A stretch of DNA of 64,000 bases from a virus. Lineage: Duplodnaviria; Caudoviricetes. Positions 1 through 9,817 of this stretch are shown here, piece by piece. The notes beneath the pieces are model-generated. The model did no database searches. It was given only the letters and a program-made list of their open reading frames with translations, and was not told the origin of the DNA. Every line of letters starts with the position of its first letter. Positions within the stretch are counted from its first letter, which is position 1. Made by a program: the position numbers and the translations under genes. The DNA is taken from the IMG/VR virus record IMGVR_UViG_2511231106_000002, positions 35,953-99,952 of that record; one strand, 5' to 3'.

Positions 1-335
1 TCACCTGCCAGGAAGAGCTTGCGGATGATGTCACCAGGAAGTACGGCCCCGAATTTTTCCAGCAGATCCTTGTTCTTGAGGTCCGGGTCGGCAATCCCCG
101 CCAGGAGCGTCTGGGTCTGCATCTGATAAATGTCGATGTTATCGGCGCTGCCGTTGGTGAAGTCCACGGCCATCTTCTGGATATCGGCGTAGCGTTCTGG
201 GTCGATAGCCCGGAGCGTGATGATAAAATCGAATCCGAACAACTTCGAGAGCCGTTCCATCTTCACTTTCTTTTCAGGCCGTTCGGCCAGCTTGTTCACT
301 ACATCTGCTTTCAGCAGTCGGTCTACCATATTCAT
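1..335 (-). CDS. Tail assembly chaperone (XkdN-like), runs off window
   Basis: ATG at 335 after AGGAG; MNMVDRLLKADVVNKLAERP...; directly follows the tail tube gene. Confidence 0.75.
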   Translation of the reverse strand, partial: MNMVDRLLKADVVNKLAERPEKKVKMERLSKLFGFDFIITLRAIDPERYADIQKMAVDFTNGSADNIDIYQMQTQTLLAGIADPDLKNKDLLEKFGAVLPGDIIRKLFLAG

Positions 336-348
336 GTGCTTGTTCTCC

Positions 349-777
349 TTATGCTAAATCCAAGAGGTCCCAGTCCGAGAAAGTGAAGCTGTAGCTTTCC
401 TCGCCCATCTTGTCCACTTCCCAGTCGGCCAGAATGAGGCTGTCAAAGGTCGCATCCTTGATGACGATGCGTTCGCTGCCTATGGCATCCTTGTCATCTA
501 GGACGGAGACGATGGTCACGACGGTCTGCTTGCCCGCCTTAATGTTGTCGTTCATCTTCTTGATCATGTAGCTCGAGACTTTATGGAGCTTCAGCTGCCC
601 TTTGCAGTCATAGCCCGTGACCTTGTAGCCCTTGCCGACATGGCGGAGCATCTTCACTTCTTCCTTGGTCAGGGTGACCTCGGCCTTGAAAGCCGTGGCT
701 TCGGCCATGAGGTCGCCGTCGATATAGAGGTCGGCATACTTTCCGTTCATCACCCGTTTGGCTTCCATGCTGTTCAC
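349..777 (-). CDS. Tail tube protein (XkdM family)
   Basis: 142 aa; D(x)IGSERIVIKDATFDSLILADWE motif; follows sheath. Confidence 0.9.
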   Translation of the reverse strand: MNSMEAKRVMNGKYADLYIDGDLMAEATAFKAEVTLTKEEVKMLRHVGKGYKVTGYDCKGQLKLHKVSSYMIKKMNDNIKAGKQTVVTIVSVLDDKDAIGSERIVIKDATFDSLILADWEVDKMGEESYSFTFSDWDLLDLA

Positions 778-791
778 TGTACTTCACCTCC

Positions 792-1874
792 TCAGATATT
801 GACGGCAATCGTGACATCTTCCATGGCATCCAGGAGCGAAGCATCTACGGCGATGAAGACATTGCTGCCGATGTTGGCCAGCTTGATGTCCATTTCCGAC
901 ATGTCCGCCAGTTCCTCTTTCGTATATTTGCCATTGGATGCCAGCCAAATCTTCGTGGATTCCACATCGATATAAGCCGTGTTCTGCCCCTGTTCCAGCA
1001 GGCCCTCCTGGGCCAGCTGGTCAAGATACCCCTGGATAGCCGTCACCAGGAGGCATCGGTTGGCATAGCTGTTGGCATACTTGCCAAGGTAATGATCCTG
1101 GGCTGTGGTGCGGATATCGTCATACATCATGTCCATTAAATCGACGAGCTTGATTTTCTGGAACGATACGCCTTTTCCCTGGATTGTCGTGACCAGGGAG
1201 TTGATTCCGCGGCCCAGCTTGACCTTTTCCCCGTCAAAGAAAAAGAACAGCTTGCCGGCATCCGTCATGGTATCCATTTCTTCCTTCGTCCAGACGTCAC
1301 AGCCGATGACTTCCGGCAGCGGCGCATACGTACAGGCAATGGTCATCGGCGTTCCTGCGATGATGCCCGCGATGCGCCCGCAGTACTGGGCCGTCGTGTA
1401 GGTCTTCGTTTTCGTACGGATGACTTGATTGACGAAGTTGATGACTCCTTCCGTATCCGCCGTGCAGTCCGGCAGGACGGCCTTGATGCGCTTATTCTTA
1501 TTCGTCCGCATCCCCTTGATCCAGGTCGCGATAGTGTCGATGTGGTTTTCTTCGATGTCCGGGATGACTAGGTAATCGAAGCGCTTGTTCTCGATGGCCT
1601 TGAGGACATCGGTATAATCTTCTGCATCCTTGCTGATGATTTCGGCGATGACCTTCTTCGGACTGTTCACGTAGCCGCGAAGGGTCAGTTCCAGCTGCTC
1701 ACGGTTGCTGTCTGAGAGTTCTTTGGGAATGTCATCTGCCGTGTACAGGTTCACTTCCGTCTGGGACGGCAGTGTCTCTTCTTTCAGAATCAGAAGGACA
1801 ATACCGCGTTCGCTGCGTTCGACGGCACTGATGCCTTTTTCTTTGAACGCGATATTAATGGATGGCATTTTCAT
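792..1874 (-). CDS. Tail sheath protein (short XkdK-like)
   Basis: MPSINIAF...RSERGIV N-terminus, RIAGIIAG, RGINSLVT, LDAMEDV C-terminus. Confidence 0.9.
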   Translation of the reverse strand: MKMPSINIAFKEKGISAVERSERGIVLLILKEETLPSQTEVNLYTADDIPKELSDSNREQLELTLRGYVNSPKKVIAEIISKDAEDYTDVLKAIENKRFDYLVIPDIEENHIDTIATWIKGMRTNKNKRIKAVLPDCTADTEGVINFVNQVIRTKTKTYTTAQYCGRIAGIIAGTPMTIACTYAPLPEVIGCDVWTKEEMDTMTDAGKLFFFFDGEKVKLGRGINSLVTTIQGKGVSFQKIKLVDLMDMMYDDIRTTAQDHYLGKYANSYANRCLLVTAIQGYLDQLAQEGLLEQGQNTAYIDVESTKIWLASNGKYTKEELADMSEMDIKLANIGSNVFIAVDASLLDAMEDVTIAVNI

Positions 1875-1877
1875 GGG

Positions 1878-2318
1878 TTACGTCTCCTTTCCCTGATACC
1901 GCTGATGCAGTACCTTCATGATTTCTGCCGTTTCTTCTTTTTCCCGGGCGTCATAGTACTGGAAGGTCAGCGTCAGACGCCCGCCGTCATTGTCCGTCCC
2001 CATCAGCTCCTCACTCATAGACACGACAGGGAGATAACGGTTGCCGACTTTCAGTCCGTCCCGGAATAAATTTTCCGCAGCAAAAAGCACGGCGTAGATG
2101 GCCGTGCTTTTTTCCTGCTTCTTCGGCAGATACGTAATGTAGAGGTCCGTATCCCGGTAGACCTCGTTTTCTTTCTGCGGCGTCGCTACCGTCATTGTCT
2201 TCAGGAAAAAGGCCGGCGGCGCAAAGCCTTCCTTGACTTCCTGCAAATAGACGGGGTACGGGAACCGCTCTTTGAGTTTCTGCTGCACCGCCTGCAAGAT
2301 ATCGATATCATGGATCAT
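1878..2318 (-). CDS. Tail terminator/completion protein
   Basis: Position between HK97 gp10-like gene and sheath; EGFAPPAFF motif. Confidence 0.7.
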   Translation of the reverse strand: MIHDIDILQAVQQKLKERFPYPVYLQEVKEGFAPPAFFLKTMTVATPQKENEVYRDTDLYITYLPKKQEKSTAIYAVLFAAENLFRDGLKVGNRYLPVVSMSEELMGTDNDGGRLTLTFQYYDAREKEETAEIMKVLHQRYQGKET

Positions 2319-2734
2319 GTGCCGCCTGCTTTCTTGAGGAGCTTCTTCGTGAGTCTCTCCAGTCCCGGCTGCAAGTCGCTGGCTTCGAAGACCTTGACGG
2401 ATTTCTCCGTATAGTGCTGGCCTTCATAATAGCCCACGGTCCTGCCGCCAGGTGTTTTCTTCGCATGGCCGTTATTTAAGAGGTGATGTACGGGATGCTT
2501 GTTGATCAGCTCATAGACCAGCTCGGAACCGTTGTAGCCTTCCACCTTATGCTTCCAGCCTTTCTTCAGCTTGCCCGTGCTGCCTTCCGGCGTGTTTTTT
2601 ACGCACTCCTTCTTGAGCTTGTTGCCAAGCGTCACCAGGCCCTTTTCGGTAGTGCCGGGAAACTCTTCAATAGCAGAAAGCAGTTTTTCTGAAAGGTCAT
2701 CCAATCCTTTGACCTCAAAGTCACTTCCGCTCAT
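2315..2734 (-). CDS. HK97 gp10-like neck/tail protein
   Basis: TP..TGKLKKGW and HLLNNGH motifs. Confidence 0.85.
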   Translation of the reverse strand: MSGSDFEVKGLDDLSEKLLSAIEEFPGTTEKGLVTLGNKLKKECVKNTPEGSTGKLKKGWKHKVEGYNGSELVYELINKHPVHHLLNNGHAKKTPGGRTVGYYEGQHYTEKSVKVFEASDLQPGLERLTKKLLKKAGGT

Positions 2735-3062
2735 TGTCCGTCCCCCTCACTTCTTCCGTACAGTACAGTTCCAGAGCTTCATGGCGCATATACGGGTCAA
2801 CTATGGTATCGATGTCGTAGAGGTGATCCTGATACTTCACCTTCATATCGTGGGTGACACCCGGACGCCAGCGAATGGTGATCTTGCTGTACTCCGTGTC
2901 CGCCTTGCGTTCCATCTCATAGAACACTTTGCCCCGGGCAGGCTCGATGGATGCCCAGCAGCGGTACACTACGACGTCGGCCTGGGTATCGAAACCATAT
3001 TCATCCGTCACGGCCTGCTTTCCCAGAATCTCAATCCGTTTATTCAAAAGCCCCGTCTTCAT
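2721..3062 (-). CDS. Head closure protein (SPP1 gp16-like)
   Basis: GLLNKRI, WASIEP.RG, ITIRW, YDI..I.DP motifs; start chosen from RBS spacing. Confidence 0.85.
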   Translation of the reverse strand: MKTGLLNKRIEILGKQAVTDEYGFDTQADVVVYRCWASIEPARGKVFYEMERKADTEYSKITIRWRPGVTHDMKVKYQDHLYDIDTIVDPYMRHEALELYCTEEVRGTDNERK

Positions 3063-3076
3063 GGGCATCCCCCTTT

Positions 3077-3358
3077 TCAAAAACAGCTCCGCCGGACCCC
3101 GAACAGCAGCCAGCGCAGACGTTTCAAAAGGCCTGCGTAGTCCGCTTCCTCCCGGTGCTCATATAAAAAAGCCGCAGCGAAGAGAATCGCTTCGTGAAAA
3201 ACCACGGGATTCTCTTCGGCATCGGCTTCCTCGCAACGGGATATATCCAGGCAGAGGGCCTGGGCTGTTTCCAGGGAAGACTGGATGACGTCATCATTAC
3301 TCGTGTCATCTTCATCAATCCGCAGGTATTCCCTGGCTTCTTCCAGCGTCACAATCAT
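3077..3358 (-). CDS. Head-tail connector (HK97 gp6-like)
   Basis: VTLEEAREYLRID...AILFAAAFLYEHRE. Confidence 0.9.
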   Translation of the reverse strand: MIVTLEEAREYLRIDEDDTSNDDVIQSSLETAQALCLDISRCEEADAEENPVVFHEAILFAAAFLYEHREEADYAGLLKRLRWLLFGVRRSCF

Positions 3359-3361
3359 GGC

Positions 3362-4552
3362 TTATCCCTTCGCTTTCATCTCCAGGGCCTTGACCGCTTC
3401 CTTGAGCATCAGCATGCCATCGACGCGCTGGCTGGCAAGGAAGCCGATCTGGCCGTTGGCGGCATACAATTCGTTAAGCCGCTTGAAGGAGCGGTATTCC
3501 CTATCGGCAATCCAGTAGTAGCTGAAGTCCCCGAAGAGCATGGGACGGCTGCCCGCCGCCAGTTCCGGTGCAAAGGAAGTGCAGTAGCAGGGACGGTTCA
3601 GGATAGTATCCGGCGTACCTGCGGTGACAGACGGCTGCCAGATGTAGTTGCCGTTGTTGTCCTTCACCTTGCGCAAGGCCTTAATGGTTGCATCGTTCAG
3701 GAGCCATACGGCCTTGCGGCGGTACGGGATACGCAGGGAGTGATACAGGTCGATGACATCATCAAAGGTGATGGATGCGCCATTGGCTATCACGCCCAGC
3801 TCCGCGGACGGGAACACGCCAGTCGGCTTGTTCTTCCCGTCACCGGTGAGGAAGGCTTCTTCTTCCTTCGTGCCGATACGGCGGGCAAATTCACCGGCAA
3901 TGTAGCTTTCCAGGTCGAAAGCGCTGTCGTTCAGCAGTTCTTCCGACACACGGATAGCCGTCCCCAGCTTGTACGCCCCGATGGACTGCTGGCCGAAGGT
4001 ATCCTGGCTGTCCGGGTAGAGGCCGTTCTCTTCCATCCAGGACGCTTCGCCATGACCCGTCACGATGGGAATCTTGCGGTCGCCGCTGGTGTGGATGACC
4101 GTGGCCAGGCCGCGGAAGAAATTCTCTTCCTGGAGCTTGTCGATGAGCTGGTGTTCGAATTCGTCCGGTACCAGATAGCCACCATCAGCATCGGTGCCTG
4201 CACTCAGGGCGTTCTGTACATCAATGAAGTTCTTATGGCGGATGCTGTCCCAGAAAGCCTTACGATAGGCATCGGACGCACGGCCTCTCTTTTCTGCTCC
4301 ATTCTGGCCTGCGCCAGGGAGTTCAGTAATCGGCATCGTGGTCGGCTGGGACAGCTGGGCATCGAGCTGCTGCTGGCGTTCCAGGCGGTCGATTTCTTTG
4401 CCGAGGTTCACCACATCCGCTTCCATCTTGTCGTAGCGAGCCGCATCTTCTGCAGAGACCATGCCGTTTTCATCACGGACGGTATCCAGAAAATTCTTGG
4501 CGGCATCCCACAGATTCTTGCGTTTCTCACGCAGTGCTAAAATCGTATCCAT
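3362..4552 (-). CDS. Major capsid protein, HK97 family
   Basis: Coiled-coil delta domain, GGYLVP, AFLTGDG..KPTG, FGDFS.Y. Confidence 0.95.
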   Translation of the reverse strand: MDTILALREKRKNLWDAAKNFLDTVRDENGMVSAEDAARYDKMEADVVNLGKEIDRLERQQQLDAQLSQPTTMPITELPGAGQNGAEKRGRASDAYRKAFWDSIRHKNFIDVQNALSAGTDADGGYLVPDEFEHQLIDKLQEENFFRGLATVIHTSGDRKIPIVTGHGEASWMEENGLYPDSQDTFGQQSIGAYKLGTAIRVSEELLNDSAFDLESYIAGEFARRIGTKEEEAFLTGDGKNKPTGVFPSAELGVIANGASITFDDVIDLYHSLRIPYRRKAVWLLNDATIKALRKVKDNNGNYIWQPSVTAGTPDTILNRPCYCTSFAPELAAGSRPMLFGDFSYYWIADREYRSFKRLNELYAANGQIGFLASQRVDGMLMLKEAVKALEMKAKG

Positions 4553-4563
4553 TGTTGTCCTCC

Positions 4564-5271
4564 TTAATGAATGAGCAATGCCAGCCGGTTCTCCAGGGAA
4601 GCGGCTGGCACTTTATTGACAGGTTCACGTGGTTTTAATTTCTGTACTAACGAATTGGTGACAGTAACAGGGGTGTAAATCATGGCTTCCGGCTGCTCCC
4701 CATCGTCTTTCTTCTGGTCGAAGAGGATTTCATCGGCAAAGCCAAGTTCCACGGCCTTCTTCGCGTTGAGCCAGGTCTCGTCATCCATCATGTGCGAAAT
4801 CTTCGTGCGGGCCAGGCCGCTCTTGATTTCGTAAGCGTTGATGATGCTCTCCTTGACTTCGCTCAGCATGCCGATGGTCTTTTCCATCTCTGCCTGATCG
4901 CCATAGGCCAGGGTCGCCGGATTATGGATCATCAGCATGGCCACTGGCGACATGCAGACCTTGGTCCCGGCCATAGCGATGACGGACGCAGCCGAAGCGG
5001 CCAGGCCGTCAATCTTGACGGTGACGTTCCCCGGATAATCCATGAGCATGTTATAGATTTGGGCAGCGGCAAAACAGTCACCGCCCGGACTGTTGATCCA
5101 GAGTGTGATATCGCCGCTGCCCGCATTCAGTTCTTCTTTGAATGCCTTCGGTGTCACTTCATCGCCCCACCAGGTCTCATCCGAAATCTGGCCGTCCAGA
5201 TACAGCGTCCGTTCACTGCCGAAAGAATCCGGTGCTTCGTTAGTCACCCACTTCCAAAATTTATGTTTCAT
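4564..5271 (-). CDS. ClpP-like prohead protease
   Basis: INSPGG, DGLAASAAS, MIHNP, ETWL.A..AVELGFAD. Confidence 0.93.
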   Translation of the reverse strand: MKHKFWKWVTNEAPDSFGSERTLYLDGQISDETWWGDEVTPKAFKEELNAGSGDITLWINSPGGDCFAAAQIYNMLMDYPGNVTVKIDGLAASAASVIAMAGTKVCMSPVAMLMIHNPATLAYGDQAEMEKTIGMLSEVKESIINAYEIKSGLARTKISHMMDDETWLNAKKAVELGFADEILFDQKKDDGEQPEAMIYTPVTVTNSLVQKLKPREPVNKVPAASLENRLALLIH

Positions 5272-6517
5272 TCGTATCTCCCTTCTGGGCAAAAGCCCCG
5301 GCATCCTTGAGCTTGGTCATGCTGCCATTGACAAGGTATAGATTACCGCCCTCTTCATCCGACACGGGATTCATGTCTTCCATCTCCCGGATATCGTTGG
5401 CGGACAGCCAGCCGTTCTGCCGGCCGATGCTGTACCCGGTCATGCGGCTCTCATAGTCGCCGCGCATGAGACCGTTCACGTTGAACTTCAGGAAATACTG
5501 TTTCTTCTCTTCCGGCAGGAACAGGGCTTTCTGCATGGCCTGTTCCCAGCGGATGACCCATGGATCCAGCGTGTACTTCACAAATTCCATGGACTGCTGC
5601 TCAATATTATTGAAGGAACTTTTCTCCAGGTCGCCAATCATGTGTGGCGGGATGCGGTAGAGCCGGGCAATCTCATCGAGCTGGAACTTCCGTGTTTCCA
5701 GGAACTGTGCTTCTTCCGGCGGGATGCCGATCTGCTGGTACTTCATGCCTTCTTCCAGCACAGCCACCTTGTGGGCATTGCCCGTCCCCCGGTAGACGGC
5801 ATTCCACGAATCCCGGACTTTGGCCGGATCCTTCAGAACGCCTGGATGTTCCAGCACCCCGCTGGGGCTGGCCCCGTTCGCAAAGAAAGAGGCACCGTAT
5901 TCCTCGCAGGCCATGGTCATGCCCACGGCATTGCGGGCCATGGCAATCGGCGAATAACCGACCAGGCCGTCAAACCCAAGGCCGGGGATATGCAGCACTT
6001 CTTCCTTCTGCAGGGCCACCTGCCCGTACGGCTTGATGTTCGGATTCTCGTCTCCCGTCTTGGTATACAGATAAAAAATCTTTCCCCGGTCATCCCGGCA
6101 GACGGTCATCTTGTCCGGCCTGAGCGGGTATAGTCCCTGTACCCGCCCTAATCGGTCGCGGATGATCTGGGCGTAAGCATTGCCCCAGATGAGCAGGTGG
6201 CTCATGAGCGTTTCCCGGAAGATAAACGAAGTCATCTCCGGATTCGGCTCATCATGGAGCAGATGGTACAGCGGATGGTCATAGACCCGCTCCTTGCCGC
6301 CAGGCGTGTAACGGTACAGCTGGAGCGGCAAGGCCGCCAGAGTTTCCGCCAGGATGCGGACGCAGGCATACACTGCCGTCGTCTGCATAGCCGTGAACTC
6401 GTTCACCGTCTTGCCACTGGCAGAGGGGCCGAACAGATAACGAAAATCCGTGCCGATATAATAGTTCTGAGGCTTGTCCCGGGTACGGAACAGGCTGGAT
6501 AAAAAGGGGATTCTCAT
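5261..6517 (-). CDS. Portal protein, HK97 family
   Basis: AVYACVRILAE, GNAYA, QFLETRKF, IPPHMIG; ATG 6517 after GGAGG. Confidence 0.95.
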   Translation of the reverse strand: MRIPFLSSLFRTRDKPQNYYIGTDFRYLFGPSASGKTVNEFTAMQTTAVYACVRILAETLAALPLQLYRYTPGGKERVYDHPLYHLLHDEPNPEMTSFIFRETLMSHLLIWGNAYAQIIRDRLGRVQGLYPLRPDKMTVCRDDRGKIFYLYTKTGDENPNIKPYGQVALQKEEVLHIPGLGFDGLVGYSPIAMARNAVGMTMACEEYGASFFANGASPSGVLEHPGVLKDPAKVRDSWNAVYRGTGNAHKVAVLEEGMKYQQIGIPPEEAQFLETRKFQLDEIARLYRIPPHMIGDLEKSSFNNIEQQSMEFVKYTLDPWVIRWEQAMQKALFLPEEKKQYFLKFNVNGLMRGDYESRMTGYSIGRQNGWLSANDIREMEDMNPVSDEEGGNLYLVNGSMTKLKDAGAFAQKGDTNET

Positions 6518-6571
6518 AAAATACCTCCAAAAACGGGCACAAAAAAGCACCTGCCATTTTTGCAAATGTCT

Positions 6572-9184
6572 TTAAAATGCAATAACACCTCGTTCGTCAT
6601 AGACACTGCCACTGCCAGTCCCGTTGCGGATGCAGCGGTCTAGTGCCATGATGGACGCCACGATTCCGTCAATCTTTTCGACGGATTTTTCTTTGTCCGG
6701 CTTGATGTTTCCCGCAGGATCTTGGCGCATGACGACGTTGCTGGCCATCCATTTGAGAACGGGATTGCCGCCATGGATGATGTTCCCTTCCATCAGGAGC
6801 TTGAACAGCTCCTTCGACGGCGGCGACATATCCTTGAACCCCTGGCCGAAAGGCACCATGGTGAAGCCCATATCTTCCAGGTTCTGCACCATCTGGGTGG
6901 CGTTCCAGCGGTCATAGGCGATTTCCCGTATGTGGTACGTTTCCCCCAGGCGTTCGATAAACTTCTCGATGAAGCCGTAATGGATGACGTTCCCTTCCGT
7001 CGTCTGGATGAAGCCCTGCTTCTGCCAGACGTCGTAGAGAACATGGTCCCGGCGGCACCGCAGTTCCAGCGTGTCTTCCGGCAGCCAGAAGAAAGGCAAC
7101 AGGATGTATTTCTCATCATCGCTCCGTGGCGGGAAAGCCAGTACCAGGGCCGTGATATCCGATGTACTGGACAAGTCCAGCCCGCCGTAGCACATCCGTC
7201 CCCGCAGGGAATCCAGGTCAATGGGAAGGCTCCCCTTGTCGTAGACCTGTTCCGGTATCCAGCGGATGCTGGCCGAAGTCCAGATATTGAGCCGGAGCTG
7301 CTTAAAGACATTCTCTTCCGCCGGATTTTCGACAGCATTCCGATACGCTTCCCGGACGCGGTCAATCTGTATGGTATGGCCCAGGGACGGGTTCGCCTTG
7401 TACCAGTTCGCTTCGTCCGTCCAGTCTTCCTCATGTTCCAGCCCATAGACCACCGGGTAAAAGGTGGCATCCTTCTTCCGACCCGCCATCAGGTCCAGGG
7501 CCTTGGTATGCAGTTCGTAACAGATGCTGTTCTTGTCATTGCCCGCTGTGGTGATGATGAAAAAGAGCGGCTGCTCCCTTGCATCACCAGAGCCTTTGGT
7601 CAGGACATCGTAGAGTTTCCGGTTCGGCTGGGCATGGATTTCATCAAAGACCAGGCCGGATACATTGAGTCCGTGCTTGGTTCCTGTTTCCGCTGACAAT
7701 ACCTGATAGAACCCGGCATTGCGGTAGTTGATGATCCGCTTCCCGGCCGACCGTATCTTGGAACGGCGCATCAGGGCTGGACTCATCTCGACCATCTGCC
7801 GTGCCACATCAAAGACGATGGATGCCTGGTTGCGGTCACAGGCCGCACCATACACTTCGGCACTCGGTTCGTTATCGGCGTACAAAAGATAAAGAGCTAT
7901 AGCCGCCGCCAGCTCGCTGTTATGCGTCTTCACCATCGTCCGCCCCGCCAGATAGCAATGGCTCGGGCTGTCCACCTGGATGCACTGCATGGGAACCTTA
8001 TCATCCAGCGGCTTGATTTCTTTCAGATAATGAAAACAGGAACGCGTCTTTTTTTCGCGTTCCCGTCTGCGGATGCTTTTTCTATGAAGTTTGCTGACCG
8101 GCTGATCCGTAAAGGCGGTGAACCGTATCTGATACAAAGTCTCGCCTGTCGGTTTCCCATATCGGGTCGAAGGGCATGACGTCATGGCGTTCTTGATGCC
8201 AAGGCTCCACAACAGTTCCTGCACTGATTCTACTAATTCTTGAATGGTACTGACGTATACGCCCTGCCCTTTCCGTGTTCCGATGCAGCCATCGGAATCC
8301 ATCAGTCCCTGCAGCAAGGCCCATCGCTGCGTTTCGGAAGCCCTGAGGTATTCCGGCCGGATGACCTTATCCCGGAAGTTTTTCACCAGGATAGATTTCA
8401 ATGCCTTATACACCAGGATTTCGCTGCCGCCGCAGGTCTGTGGATAGCGGTTATGCAGCGGGTACGGAATCAGCGGAATCAGGTCTTCCACATCACTGTC
8501 ACGCACCGTGATTTCCGGTTTTGTTGCAGAACCGTTTCCCAACCAGTAGCCATATAAATAAGGATCTAACGGAAGGTTCCTTTCCGGAAGGTGTAATAGC
8601 TGGTTGACGGGAATCCGGATAAGCGAGCGGTTATCTTTGGATTTTTCCCTGTACTGTTTCGTGCGGCGGTAAATCTCGCCGGTTGTCCATTGCTTTTCCC
8701 GCGTCTTTCCATGAGTATATTCCACATCCCACAGATGACGTTCACCGGCCACAATCCGTCCTCCATCCCGGAAAACCAGTTCATAGGCTTGTTCGGTATC
8801 ATCTACCGGGCTTTTGGCGACAACATGGCAGGGCTTTCCCTGCTCGTCAAAGACTCTGTCGCCGACTTTTAAATCGGCCATGGTTTTCCATCCTTCCGGC
8901 GTGGGAATGGGTGTATCCAGTGCGAGCTGTTTCCCGTTCTTCTTTGGAATCTCTATATAAGCCGTCAGGAACTGCCGTTTCCCGTTTTCCTTGACGATGC
9001 CGAAGAGATCACGCACAATCTGTTCCTGCCACGGCAGGAGCAGGAACGGCTGCCCGGCCCATTTGCCTTTGGTATGACAGAGATGCTCGATGAAGGCAAC
9101 CGCCCTGTCGGCCTTGTCCTTGTCGTAATGGGAATCTGGCAGCATGAACGCTGACGGCTTATATACAAATGCCAAACTTGTCAC
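6572..9184 (-). CDS. Terminase large subunit containing an intein
   Basis: Walker A PKKNGK/SE split by a 337-aa insert; VFDEIH Walker B; GLDLS and KIDG nuclease motifs. Confidence 0.95.
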   Translation of the reverse strand: MTSLAFVYKPSAFMLPDSHYDKDKADRAVAFIEHLCHTKGKWAGQPFLLLPWQEQIVRDLFGIVKENGKRQFLTAYIEIPKKNGKQLALDTPIPTPEGWKTMADLKVGDRVFDEQGKPCHVVAKSPVDDTEQAYELVFRDGGRIVAGERHLWDVEYTHGKTREKQWTTGEIYRRTKQYREKSKDNRSLIRIPVNQLLHLPERNLPLDPYLYGYWLGNGSATKPEITVRDSDVEDLIPLIPYPLHNRYPQTCGGSEILVYKALKSILVKNFRDKVIRPEYLRASETQRWALLQGLMDSDGCIGTRKGQGVYVSTIQELVESVQELLWSLGIKNAMTSCPSTRYGKPTGETLYQIRFTAFTDQPVSKLHRKSIRRREREKKTRSCFHYLKEIKPLDDKVPMQCIQVDSPSHCYLAGRTMVKTHNSELAAAIALYLLYADNEPSAEVYGAACDRNQASIVFDVARQMVEMSPALMRRSKIRSAGKRIINYRNAGFYQVLSAETGTKHGLNVSGLVFDEIHAQPNRKLYDVLTKGSGDAREQPLFFIITTAGNDKNSICYELHTKALDLMAGRKKDATFYPVVYGLEHEEDWTDEANWYKANPSLGHTIQIDRVREAYRNAVENPAEENVFKQLRLNIWTSASIRWIPEQVYDKGSLPIDLDSLRGRMCYGGLDLSSTSDITALVLAFPPRSDDEKYILLPFFWLPEDTLELRCRRDHVLYDVWQKQGFIQTTEGNVIHYGFIEKFIERLGETYHIREIAYDRWNATQMVQNLEDMGFTMVPFGQGFKDMSPPSKELFKLLMEGNIIHGGNPVLKWMASNVVMRQDPAGNIKPDKEKSVEKIDGIVASIMALDRCIRNGTGSGSVYDERGVIAF
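7919..8929 (-). mobile_element. Class 3 intein with LAGLIDADG homing endonuclease
   Basis: Starts QLALDTPIPTP, ends VKTHN/S; WCT triad (HLW, MQCIQV, KTHN); YLYGYWLGNG and LLQGLMDSDG helices. Confidence 0.92.
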
Positions 9185-9651
9185 CCCCTTAACAGCAGTT
9201 CCATTTCATCCGTTTCTTTTTCTGCCCCGTTCTCTTCCCCAATCATGCGGCTCCGGGCTGACGGGGTCAGGCCAAACTGCTCACAGAATTTCAGCATGAT
9301 CTTGAGGTTCGTCTGGGCAATGGATACCTGCGGTACCTGCTGCAGGTATCCGTTCGGCGTCCGCACCATATCCCCATGCTGGGTGATGAACTCTTCCGCT
9401 CCTTTCCATCGGGCATATGCCTGGCAGTACCCGGCAAAGGCCATCATATCCAGATTGGTCAGCATCCCCATCTCAGCGAGGACTTTCCCCAGCCGCTTCC
9501 ATTCTTTCTTGGCATCGTATTCCAGCCAGTCCGGGCAGCGAGGGAGCCGTCCCTTTGGCATGGGTTCCTTCTTATTGAGGGGACGATGGCCGGGATTGCC
9601 TTCCAGCACCTTGAGCGCCGTCGGCTTCGGTTTTCTTCCTCGTACAGCCAA
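9181..9651 (-). CDS. Terminase small subunit, P27 family
   Basis: RGRKPKPTALKVLEGNPG; FGLTPSAR. Confidence 0.93.
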   Translation of the reverse strand: MAVRGRKPKPTALKVLEGNPGHRPLNKKEPMPKGRLPRCPDWLEYDAKKEWKRLGKVLAEMGMLTNLDMMAFAGYCQAYARWKGAEEFITQHGDMVRTPNGYLQQVPQVSIAQTNLKIMLKFCEQFGLTPSARSRMIGEENGAEKETDEMELLLRG

Positions 9652-9734
9652 TGGCGCTCACCTCCCAATAAAAAAGCCCTTGCGGGCTGTACGACAGAGG
9701 GGACCGCATCTGCGTTCCCCTCTGGTTCTCTTTT

Positions 9735-9797
9735 TTAATTCTTCATGACCCATTCGATGGCGTGGCCATTGTCTTCGAACAGTTCGACGCTGACTGC
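9735..9797 (-). pseudogene. 3' remnant of a deleted small accessory gene
   Basis: Reads AVSVELFEDNGHAIEWVMKN* with an in-frame TAG just upstream and no start; followed by hairpins at ~9675-9724. Confidence 0.45.
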
Positions 9798-9817
9798 CTA
9801 TCCGATATTTATGCATC

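Noticed and set aside
3194-4540. 448-aa plus-strand ORF
   Set aside because: Antisense shadow of the capsid gene, expected from GC-biased codon usage; no motifs or RBS.
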